A stretch of DNA of 64,000 nucleotides from Epithemia pelagica (taxonomy: Eukaryota; Protista; Bacillariophyta). This document shows positions 55,378 to 64,000 of the stretch, piece after piece; positions within the stretch are counted from its first letter, which is position 1, and each line of letters opens with the position of its first letter. The notes under the pieces are model-generated. The model did no database searches and was not told the DNA's origin. It was given only the letters and a program-made list of their open reading frames with translations. The stretch is taken from assembly GCA_946965045.2 (NCBI GenBank), contig OX337228.1, forward strand, positions 4,526,001-4,590,000, read 5' to 3'. A program made the translations under genes and the position numbers.

Positions 55378-58300
55378 TTGGCCCTTTGGCCCATTTGTCA
55401 TGCGGGACCACATGGCCGGTGCGCGAGTCGGCGATGTTGGTGTTGCCGGTCTGGACTAAAGACTGGGCAAAGCGCCAAGCATCCTGCGCGTCGGTGTCGT
55501 TCGTAAACGACTTTGTATTCTCTAGAAACTCTCGCATTTCGTCGATGCGTGAGGGGTTGTTGTTTGCCACATATTTGAAGATTAGTTCGATTTCTTGCAT
55601 GGTGGTGGCTGAAAACTCGTGGTCGTCTTGTTCGTGGTTTTCTCCGTTGTCGTCGCTTCCGATGAGGGCACGCGAGTGGTCGTCGGACTCTTCCGTGTCC
55701 ATCATGTCGTCGTTAGCTGTTTGGTCGTCTTGTTGTTCGGCCAAAGGGGCGAATTGGTTCCGTTTGGCTGCTGGTTTTCGGTCGTCGACCTCGTTGTTTT
55801 GGTTTTGGATGTGGTGGGCTGTCGCTGCCACTGTTGTCCAATCTGTGCCGTCGTCGTATGGGTCGTTGTCGTCTTCCTCTGTTGGTTGCATGGCGGCTGC
55901 ACTCCGTTTGTTTGGCTGGTTGCTCAATTGGTTGTGCCTGTCCGGAGTCTCGGGTCCGTTGTCCTCTGTCTCGGCTGGTGTTTCGTCTAGGTTGTTGTGT
56001 TTTCGCCTGAGAAGACGGTTGGTAAATGCGACGAGTCGGTTGGTGTGGCTTGAAGAAGTCGGAGTTGCCGGGTCTTGGTTGTTTGTAGGTTGTCTCGGAG
56101 GTGTCGCGGCCACGGCCGCCAGGGTGGGGAGAAGGATGTTGTTCGGGAAGTCGGTGAACTGGCGGATGGTGTTGGTGGTGAGCATGTGTGTGTCAGGGGT
56201 CTTGCGCAGGTATAGGGTGTAGTATTGCGCATCTGGGTCCTCGTTGTTGTATTCCGGGAATACGGCGACGAATTCTCGTAGCTGTCGAAGTTGTTTCCAA
56301 TCTCCATCGGTCGCTTCCGGGTTGATTGGTTTAAGCTTGATGCGTACGCACGCACTAAAAAATTAGTCGATGTCCTTGATTGCTTCAAGTGTTGCTGTCC
56401 GATTGGATTGACTGGTCGGCATGGGAATCAGCTGAATGTTGTTTTTGTTCCATTTCATTTCGGAGTTTCGATTGGCGGCCATGTAGGTGTTGTAGCTTCG
56501 AAGCAATGCTTCGAAGTTGTTTCTCGTTGATGCCGTGACGTAGATGGCAGGAACCTGTCCTTTCTGTTTGTTCTTGAGCTCGCCGCTAAATGTTCCTGAA
56601 CGGCAGCCGATGTGGTTGAAGAAGTCCATGTAGTGTAACTTCCTAGGGAGATGAGGGGTGAGGGTGTTCTGGATGTCGGACGTGAGATCCAGTGCCGCCC
56701 GGCGATGTTTGATTGTCTGGGCGGGCACACCGACGATGATTCCGAACGTGTCGCTCTTCCTGTTGTTGCAGGCTGGGTGGTAGACGTTGATCTGGTCGAA
56801 GCGAGGATTGATTGTCGGGTTCGATTGTTTCATTCCGGGCGGCAGGACCGTCTGTGAATCGAATTCATCGTACACAAAGTCGTCGTTGTGGTGTTTGTGC
56901 CACATTTGGAGCACGAATCGGAGTCCTTGTTCGATGAAGATCTCTGAATCGAAAACGTCGTTGGCAGGTGCTGGTGAGAGGGTTACGTGGAACGTGGAGG
57001 TGTGCCCTCCTCCCTTGTTGGACCCGTGTTGGTTGTTGTGGCGAAAAGATCGTGTTCCCAACTGTTTGGTCTCCAGGAAATCGACCGAATGGACTTGGAG
57101 CCACATGGGCTCTTCTCGTTTGCTGTGATGGAAAAAGACTTCATTGAAATGCGTCTTTAAGGCTTGTTCTGTGAGCCGTGGGAGAGTTGACTCAACTTGT
57201 GGGTTGGGGTGATGGTTGATCGCCACGTGTAGATGAATGAGTGTTTTTGGTTCGGACGACGGCAGACGTTTCGTTTCGCCCTTCGGTTTAAGGTACGGGT
57301 TGGCCCGTGGTGTTCCTTGGTCGTTGTTGTTCGGTGGGTTGTCGTCGTCCGAGTTGGCGGCGTCGTTGTGGCTGTTTGTTTTGTTGGTGGTGGGCTGGGT
57401 CTCTTTGTTGTTGTGGACGTTGTTCTCCTGTTCCTGTTTGTTGTCCATGGTTTTGTTATGGTTGGTTTCGTTGTTGGTTTTGGTGTTTTCCTCGGTGTTG
57501 TAGGTGGTGGTGCTCTTGTTTTCTGTGTTGTTTTTGTTGATTTTTTGGTTTTCTTTGTTTTTGTTGAGGCGGCCGGGGGTGATGGCGGTGGTGTTGTTGC
57601 GCAGTTTTGTTGCGACAAGGGGAATCGGGCCGAGGGCCGTCGTGTTGGTGGGACGGTTTGGGCGGCGGCCTGCAGAGGGCTTGGAGTGGACTTGCATCTT
57701 TGGCGGGTGGTGTTCGGTCTGGTTTGCTGGTGCTTCCGGTCTGGGCTTCGGGTGAAAAACGGGGTTTTCACTGGTTTTGTGAGAATGCCTGGTCGTTTGG
57801 TTTGGTGGTGGCAGGGTCATTTTCATTGCTGCTGTGACCTTTTGCAAGGCTTGTTCCAGTTGTCGGATGACTCCTTTTGGTGGCGGGCAGCTGGTCTGGT
57901 GCCTGGTGCGTGCTCTGCTTGTGTCTGTTTGGTTGGTGGCGGTCGGTTGGGTCATCGACTCTTGTGTTGTCGTTGCTGTTGTACGAATGCTTTGGCGGGG
58001 GAGTGGTTGGTGGCCTTTAGTGTTGTCGACGTGGCTTGGGTCGTCGTGCCTTGTTTCGTGTCTGTCGCTTGTTCTTGTTGTGGGCCCGTGGTCTTGCAAA
58101 GTCATCGTCTTTTTCGACTTGGTCATTTGCTCTGCTGGTTTTGTAGTTTGCTGGCTTGTTGGGGGATTGGTGTTGCTACTCCGTAGCAGTTGCGCCGTGT
58201 TGTTGTGTCCGTTGGACTCGGTGTTTTTGGCTATCGCTGGTTTCTGGGTTGTACCATGGTGACGGGCGATGAGATGTCGGGGCCGATGGTGTTGAATTGG

Positions 58301-58492
58301 TTTGTGTTTTCGGAGACCATGGAGGGATTCCATGGTCCATGTTTGGGCCGCCGTGCGTTGTATGTGTTTCCAACCGATGGGCGGGGGTGGATCGGTTTTT
58401 GGTTGGCGGTTGGGTCGTGCTTCGGCCATGGGAAACGTGTTACTAGCCGGTATGGCCCATGGCGGGTCCGCGTCCTGCTCCTCTGGCAGCAT
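55370..58492 (-). pseudogene. ORF1 of the CRE-like element (one in-frame TAA)
   Basis: ORFs 56363-58492 and 55370-56185 are in the same frame, and the sequence after TAA 56363-56365 is open (FFSACVRIKLKP...). Low-complexity N/T/Q ends flank a globular middle; no domain recognised. Confidence 0.7.
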
Positions 58493-58957
58493 ACCCCTTT
58501 TCTTGCGGTGACTGTTCGTGCCGAGGGATCGGATTACGGCCGTCTTCGATGTTATCGTCCTCGATGTACTTCACTTCACTATTCGTCTCTCTCGGGTTTG
58601 GTTTTCTTGACCCAGACGAAGATGATTTTACGATCAAAACTTGCAGTGTTGCTCTTTGAGCGATGAACCAACCGTTCTCTGCCCTATCCTCGTTTCATTT
58701 TTTAAGTTACGGATTACGGATGCTAACTCTATACCTAGCTATGCAGGTAGTTCGTCTCACATTTTTATTTTACAGTAGAATTTTATTGTAGAGCCGGGAA
58801 GTAGTAATCGTGCGATTCGCGCGACATCATGGGTGAACCGTGTAAGGAAAATTATGTCGTTGCGACATCCCAACTCGTAATAAAACCGGGCGGTAGTCAC
58901 TACCTACACATCTCTAGATATAAAGTAAGCAGATTACTCCCCTGTGTTTTCTCACTC

Positions 58958-59238
58958 CTTCCTCGTCGGGCGCCCGGCTTGTCGGGAGAATGACTCGACG
59001 GGCATATGTCTTGTCGGGCATGCGCCCTCCTCGAACATATGCCCTCATCGTCATTCTACCCTTCGCGCCGAGCGACCCTCCTCTAAAGGACTGAAACACC
59101 GTGAAGTAGTCTTACTACTTGGTAGAACGATAGAGGTTGAAGAGGGGTCCCCCGGCGCGGAATGGGGCGAGAGCATCAAAAGACCAGAGTCTGTCTGTTT
59201 CCCGGTCCGGAAGCAAAACAACCACCAACTCGACGAAG
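58958..59238. ncRNA. Unassigned highly structured region (candidate ncRNA)
   Basis: Perfect stems GGGCATATGT/ACATATGCCC, AGAATGAC/GTCATTCT, CGCGCCG/CGGCGCG, CCTCTA/TAGAGG, AAGTAGT/ACTACTT; TATAAA at 58919-58924. Confidence 0.4.
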
Positions 59239-59279
59239 TCCTCAGAAGATAAAATTAAAAATCAGATCTGGGAGAAAAG

Positions 59280-60873
59280 ATGTGGGCTAACAACGTCCGA
59301 GGCAACGATATTGTTAATGAACATGGTCAAGCAGTACGTTTGTATATTCCAAGCTTGTACCATGGGGGACGAGAATCCATGAAGAGAAGCGTCTTTTCGA
59401 CCATTGGAGGTCCATTAACTACAGGCAAAGTCCAAATTTGTCCTCGTTGTTCTCAGCCACTCTCTCAACTTGTAAATTTCAATGTACCAAAGAGAGACTT
59501 TAACCAGAACCAAACAAGCTGGATTATACTAGCGTGCAACTCATCGGAATGCTTTTCAAAAATTTTCGATCCTGATTCTTCAAGTGAAAGTGACTCAAAG
59601 CGATCAGACCTGGACAGTCGAAGACACTTTGTTGTTGGAGGCCAAGGTGTCGTTGTTTGTGAAAGAGTTAGCAAGATGCCAGACACTTCATCGACTGATA
59701 CGAAAGCAGTTTCCGATGATTTGAAGGTTGATTCTGGAGATGGCGACGATAACGAAACCAATGATTGGGATGTTTCACCAGATGGACCTTCATCCTCTAT
59801 CATCGTGGAGGATAATACTGGAGAAAACGATATGGCCGATTTGGAAAAGAAACTGGCATCCATAGAAGCAACAGGATCATTGCTACCAGTCCAAAAGACA
59901 AACAATCAAAAGCCACATTCAAGTAAAAACGACTATACTCAAACAGGGAAAGAGTCTATTGAACAACATCATTCATCATTTCCCCTGTTCAGACTGTCTG
60001 AAGTGCGTGAGCCTCCCGCCTCACGTTTGTCAGTTCAGGATGCGGATCCTGATGATGTGGGGTTGTCTACAGACTCGCAAGATCATATACAGCGCATGCT
60101 CCAGAAATATATGGAAGAAGAGGAAGATATGGATATCGTAAACATGCTACAGCAACAGGAAATGCTTTCATCGTATGGAGGAAACTCTGCTGGTGGTCGA
60201 CGCAGCCATGGGGGTGTCGAAGAAGAACCTGATCAACCGTTGTCTTCGGACGACAGAACGCTTTTTCACTATTTAGATCGAATCAAACGTTCACCTCGAC
60301 AAGTAATTCGCTATGCACCGGGTGGTAATCCGATGTGGTCCATGTGCGTATCCAACCTCGTTGTCGCGTTTCTGAATTTTTTCTTCTGCCCTGACTGATT
60401 CAATTCCTCTATTTTTGTCATGGATTGCCAGTCCCCTAGCTTCATCTTTGCGTATTCCACCATGTCCATGTGGAAAAGATCGTGCATTCCAATTTCAGGT
60501 GGTTCCTCAAATTCTTCATGTTCTTGAGGTGGACAAATGTACAAACAAAGAAAAACCACCAGAGCTGGAAAGTCCCTTGCAACAAGTCACAGTGGATGAC
60601 CATCACCGTGGCAGTGGAATGGATTTTGGCAATATGTGTATTTATGCTTGTGGAGAGGAGCAGAATGAAAACTGTGACGGTGTGGTGGTAGTGCAGGCTT
60701 CTCTAGAGGCCAAGGCAGACGAATCAAGCCAAAAGTTCTTGCAATTACGGAAGCAGCAAGGTCTCCAAGAGTCAAATGGGGGTCCAACAGTGGTTGCTAT
60801 GGGCGAAGGGAATTCAAATGCTGACGAAGACGAGGAAGGATGGGAGCCCGACTATAAATGCGAAGAAAAATGA
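59280..60873 (+). CDS. PDCD2L: PDCD2-like / Tsr4 family protein (uS5 chaperone)
   Basis: STIGG...CPRCSQPL; PDCD2_C motifs QVIRYAPGGNPMW | IPPCPCGKDRAFQFQVVPQ, MDFGNMCIYAC; intron 60344-60431 in frame. Confidence 0.8.
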
Positions 60874-60982
60874 TAAGGCACTAGGGTAATGTTTGTCATC
60901 ACTGGATGTTCTACAAGGATTAGGTTCTGCGTTCGACTCACCAAACGTAAGTAGTACCTACATGAAAAAGGAATCACACTCC

Positions 60983-61462
60983 TCAGTCGTTGTTCTTCTT
61001 TCCAAATACCATGTCCGGGATATCCTGGAGGGGGATCGATTCATAAACAATAGCATATGCTATTCCCCCCGCCAGTATTGCGGAGACGGCACCCGCAACC
61101 CGACTCCTCCGACGTAGCGCTGTCAAAGCGCCCATTGTGAGCGCACTGCCACCCACAATGTGGGGTCCGTATTCGTGTCGTCTTTCGTAGACATACCACA
61201 TGTGAGTGGACGCACTGTCGGCTTTTTGTTGCACTGTTTCCAACCCCTTGAGTACAGGAGTGCGAAATTCAACGGTCTTCTCTTCCAAATTGGCCAACAT
61301 TTGATTGGTAGCGTCCACGCCCAACTTGACGCTGGTTTTGAGGCCTCGTCGAAGTTTCTCAACACCAGTACGAACGCCTGAATATTTTTCAGAGACTTTC
61401 TCTGCGTACTCCTTTCCGGACTCCAGAAGGGAACGCATAGGGTCTTTGTCCTTGTCGGCCAT
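60983..61462 (-). CDS. Small protein with amphipathic N-region and two Gly/Ala-rich TM segments
   Basis: 159 aa from MADKDK; IVGGSALTMGALTAL-RRR-VAGAVSAILAGGIAYAIVY. Confidence 0.65.
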   Translation of the reverse strand: MADKDKDPMRSLLESGKEYAEKVSEKYSGVRTGVEKLRRGLKTSVKLGVDATNQMLANLEEKTVEFRTPVLKGLETVQQKADSASTHMWYVYERRHEYGPHIVGGSALTMGALTALRRRSRVAGAVSAILAGGIAYAIVYESIPLQDIPDMVFGKKNND

Positions 61463-61812
61463 CGTCGAACTCCTACCGCTCCAGTTGCTGACCTCGGAAA
61501 TGGATATGGAATATGGACACTCGAGGTGCACAATATAGAGATAGCGATGGCGACTTGAGAAATCAGAATCCTTTTCAGTTTTCAGCTAATCGAATCTTGT
61601 GGTGACGTGGCATCGCGGCCAGCCATCCAAACGCGACCGCGAGTCCTTTTTTCGGTCCGGCCGTCACCCTACGGCCGACCCTGGCCATCACAAAAAATTC
61701 AAACGTGCCTCACCATCGCACAATGGAAACAGGGTGGTCGTTGGCAAGTCATCTTCATTGCATTTAAAGACCGCCGTCGCCGCTGGGAATCTCTTCATCC
61801 TTCTTCTCACCA

Positions 61813-63291
61813 GTGTTGTTCTTCATGCCAAAAAGAGCTGTTGCGACGTTATCTCTCCCTGCTTTTGTGTTCTTTGCACTTCTGGTGATTTTAGCGAAGC
61901 AGTCAGGGGCATATCCAATCAACAGTGTCAACAACAACGCCATGAGTTCTCCTCTTCCACCAAACATGTCCAAGACCAACCGCGATGATGCAGGAAATAT
62001 CCAACAACATAACAACAAACGACCCAGATTTACGTCTCCGAATCGCCCATCGGCAGGCTTGGCGCTTGCATCCTCTTCATCGGAGGATACCAATTCTGTC
62101 GTTGGTCGTTTGGAAAAGCTGAAACAGCAAGAAGCACTCTTGGCGAAACAACTGGTAGCCGTGCAACGAGAGAAACGTAAAGCTTTGCAAGAGTCCAGGC
62201 CTTTGCGTATAGGAGTAATTGGCTTTGGTCGATTTGGACAGTTCATTGCGCGAGCATTTGCGAACCATGGACATCAGGTCGTTGTCACCAGTCGTTCAGA
62301 TTACACCGAAAGTGCCAATGCAATGGGCGTCCAATATGTTCCCTTGAATCAACCTGAAGCATTCTTTTTCTCGACACCACCTCGTACAACTGCGTCATCA
62401 GCAGCAGAAAACGACGCTACCGACACCAATGGGGAAAATAGAAGGAAAGATAACAACAACACTCTTCTCGACATTGTCGTTTTCTGTGTTTCGATTGTCT
62501 CCTTTGAGGAAACTGCTCGTTCGATGCTTCCCTACATTCAACGTGATGTAGATCAGCGACGACTTCAATGTCAGGCGGAGCAACGACAAGAAAATGAGAG
62601 CAGCCTTGGTGAGGATAATGTCATGATTAAGGGGCCCATGGTTGTGGATGTCTTGAGTGTGAAGGAGCATCCGCGACAAATCCTGTTGGATTTAATGCCA
62701 CCCGAGGTGGACCTCCTCCTAACACATCCCATGTTTGGGCCGGATTCTGGGAAAGATTCTTGGAAGGGCCTAACCTTTGTCTATGAGAAGACACGGATTG
62801 CAGGTACTCTATACGAGCAAGAAGACGACAGAAACGACGATGAGTATCCTATCCAAGCTGTCGATCGAATGGAGCGTTTCTTAAGTATATGGGAAGAAGA
62901 AGGCTGCAATATGGTGAAAATGTCATGCAGGGACCACGATGCCTATGCAGCCAATTCACAATTCATCACCCACCTTATGGGTCGAATACTGGGAGAACAA
63001 AAGGGGTTACAGCCAACTCCTATTGACACATCTGGGTTCAAGAATGTCCTCAACTTAATCGATCGCACCACCGCAGATTCATTTGAACTTTTCTACGGTT
63101 TGTTCAAGTTCAATCAGAATAGCCACGCAACGATTCTAAATCTTCGAGCAGCCATGGACGATGTAGTCGCTCGCCTTTATACAAAGGAACGAGAGGAAGC
63201 TGCGGAGCACGCAATACTTTCTAACCCAGTTCACCACCTCGAGAATGCACAACATCAAAACCCGTCTAGCGAAAGGCATCGGTCATCTTGA
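61813..63291 (+). CDS. TyrA: Plastid-targeted, plant-type arogenate dehydrogenase (TyrA family)
   Basis: Signal peptide ending SGA-Y; IGVIGFGRFGQF, VDVLSVKE, THPMFGPDSG, HDAYAANSQFITH, TPIDTSGF, DSFELFYGLF. Confidence 0.92.
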   Translation: MLFFMPKRAVATLSLPAFVFFALLVILAKQSGAYPINSVNNNAMSSPLPPNMSKTNRDDAGNIQQHNNKRPRFTSPNRPSAGLALASSSSEDTNSVVGRLEKLKQQEALLAKQLVAVQREKRKALQESRPLRIGVIGFGRFGQFIARAFANHGHQVVVTSRSDYTESANAMGVQYVPLNQPEAFFFSTPPRTTASSAAENDATDTNGENRRKDNNNTLLDIVVFCVSIVSFEETARSMLPYIQRDVDQRRLQCQAEQRQENESSLGEDNVMIKGPMVVDVLSVKEHPRQILLDLMPPEVDLLLTHPMFGPDSGKDSWKGLTFVYEKTRIAGTLYEQEDDRNDDEYPIQAVDRMERFLSIWEEEGCNMVKMSCRDHDAYAANSQFITHLMGRILGEQKGLQPTPIDTSGFKNVLNLIDRTTADSFELFYGLFKFNQNSHATILNLRAAMDDVVARLYTKEREEAAEHAILSNPVHHLENAQHQNPSSERHRSS

Positions 63292-63412
63292 TTGTGGTCG
63301 TGCTTGGCTTGAACAAAACACAAGGATCGAGCATATTCATGTAAGGCTCAAACCGACAAGATAACAATTGAAGATGTTGCGTCCACTCCTCCCCCCTTGA
63401 ATTCGAATATTA

Positions 63413-63805
63413 TTAATAATCCCCCGTTGATTCAACTTTTTGTCTCTTCGAGTCTGGTTCTTCAGGATCCCCAGCCCCACGTTCTTCAGGATACTCCTCG
63501 TCATCTTCTTCTTCATCTTCTTCATCATCCTCTGCATTCTCATGATCAAGCTCTTCGTCATCTTCTTCTTCGTCCTCTTCATCGTCTTTTGAGGCCCTTG
63601 TGTCGGGCGCAGTCGCATCGCCTCGCTCTGCGCCTTCTTTTTCTTTAGAGAGCGATGCCTCTTCCGGTTTCACTGAGTCTGATGCATCATCATTACTATG
63701 TTCTCTGTCAATGTTCATTTTCTCCGCGGATGCTTGTTTTTTCGCTTCTTTGGCATCCTTCTTCTGCTTTTCCTGTTTTCGGTGGTGCTCCAAAAATCGA
63801 TTCAT
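63413..63805 (-). CDS. Small basic/acidic low-complexity protein, unknown function
   Basis: 130-aa ORF with K-rich N-terminus, E/D tract and a KRQK NLS-like motif. Confidence 0.55.
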   Translation of the reverse strand: MNRFLEHHRKQEKQKKDAKEAKKQASAEKMNIDREHSNDDASDSVKPEEASLSKEKEGAERGDATAPDTRASKDDEEDEEEDDEELDHENAEDDEEDEEEDDEEYPEERGAGDPEEPDSKRQKVESTGDY

Positions 63806-64000
63806 TTCCGGTGTAAACTCTTCAAAGTCAAGCTCCTACACGTGTACTCAATGAATCAAGTGGATCGCATTATGAGGACCAATAAGATTATTTCTAGCAC
63901 TCAAACCAGTCAACTTACTCTTACGGCCGCGAGGACGTCATTTGCTGTGATTGTTTGACGTTTGTTCTCTCTGGCAAAATCATTCGCGCATGCCGTAATA

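Larger units (their letters stand above)
51601..58697 (-). mobile_element. Two-ORF non-LTR retrotransposon, CRE-like (restriction-like endonuclease clade)
   Basis: A11 tail at 51601-51611, ~30 nt after the ORF2 stop; ORF2 has zinc fingers, RT, CxC...H...C knuckle and RLE; ~1040-codon ORF1 upstream. The 5' boundary is uncertain (58500-58700). Confidence 0.88.

Noticed and set aside
55302-58666. Long + strand V/G/L-rich ORFs (55302-56222, 57233-58186 and others)
   Set aside because: Antisense shadows of the A/C-rich ORF1; the composition alone suppresses stops.
58921-59260. Structured region as SRP RNA, RNase P/MRP RNA, U3 or telomerase RNA
   Set aside because: No intact helix-8 (AGG...GAAA...AGCAG), no CR-I/CR-V pair, no box A/B/C/D set and no CTAACCC-type template on either strand; only loose partial look-alikes.

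Overview
Gene-dense nuclear DNA that looks like a pennate diatom: short GT-AG introns, bipartite plastid presequences and CoDi-type copia elements. About 18 host genes are supported, including PEX6, RPS23, an MGDG synthase, NECAP, NDOR1, plastid Cpn60, TAF12, a ~3390-aa VPS13, a PDCD2L/TSR4-like gene and arogenate dehydrogenase, plus one tRNA-Thr(CGT). Three mobile-element loci are present. (1) A 10.4-kb non-autonomous Ty1/copia element (4500-14938, minus) has 723-bp LTRs differing at 10 positions, a 5-bp TSD (CCAGT) and non-canonical TG...TA ends; a related element is inserted antisense inside it (7953-~12836). (2) A 711-bp PIF/Harbinger-type MITE has a TTA TSD. (3) A ~7-kb two-ORF non-LTR retrotransposon of CRE type (zinc fingers, RT, restriction-like endonuclease, poly(A)) is disabled by two stops and a frameshift. 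The most interesting unexplained signals are: a shared primer-binding site matching the anticodon arm of tRNA-Asn (half-tRNA priming); a chromodomain-like segment in a copia pol; a 12-bp motif GCTAGAGGAGTA found only in intergenic spacers; and a ~280-nt strongly base-paired region behind a TATA box at 58958-59238. All homology calls come from motif recognition by eye; no searches were run.
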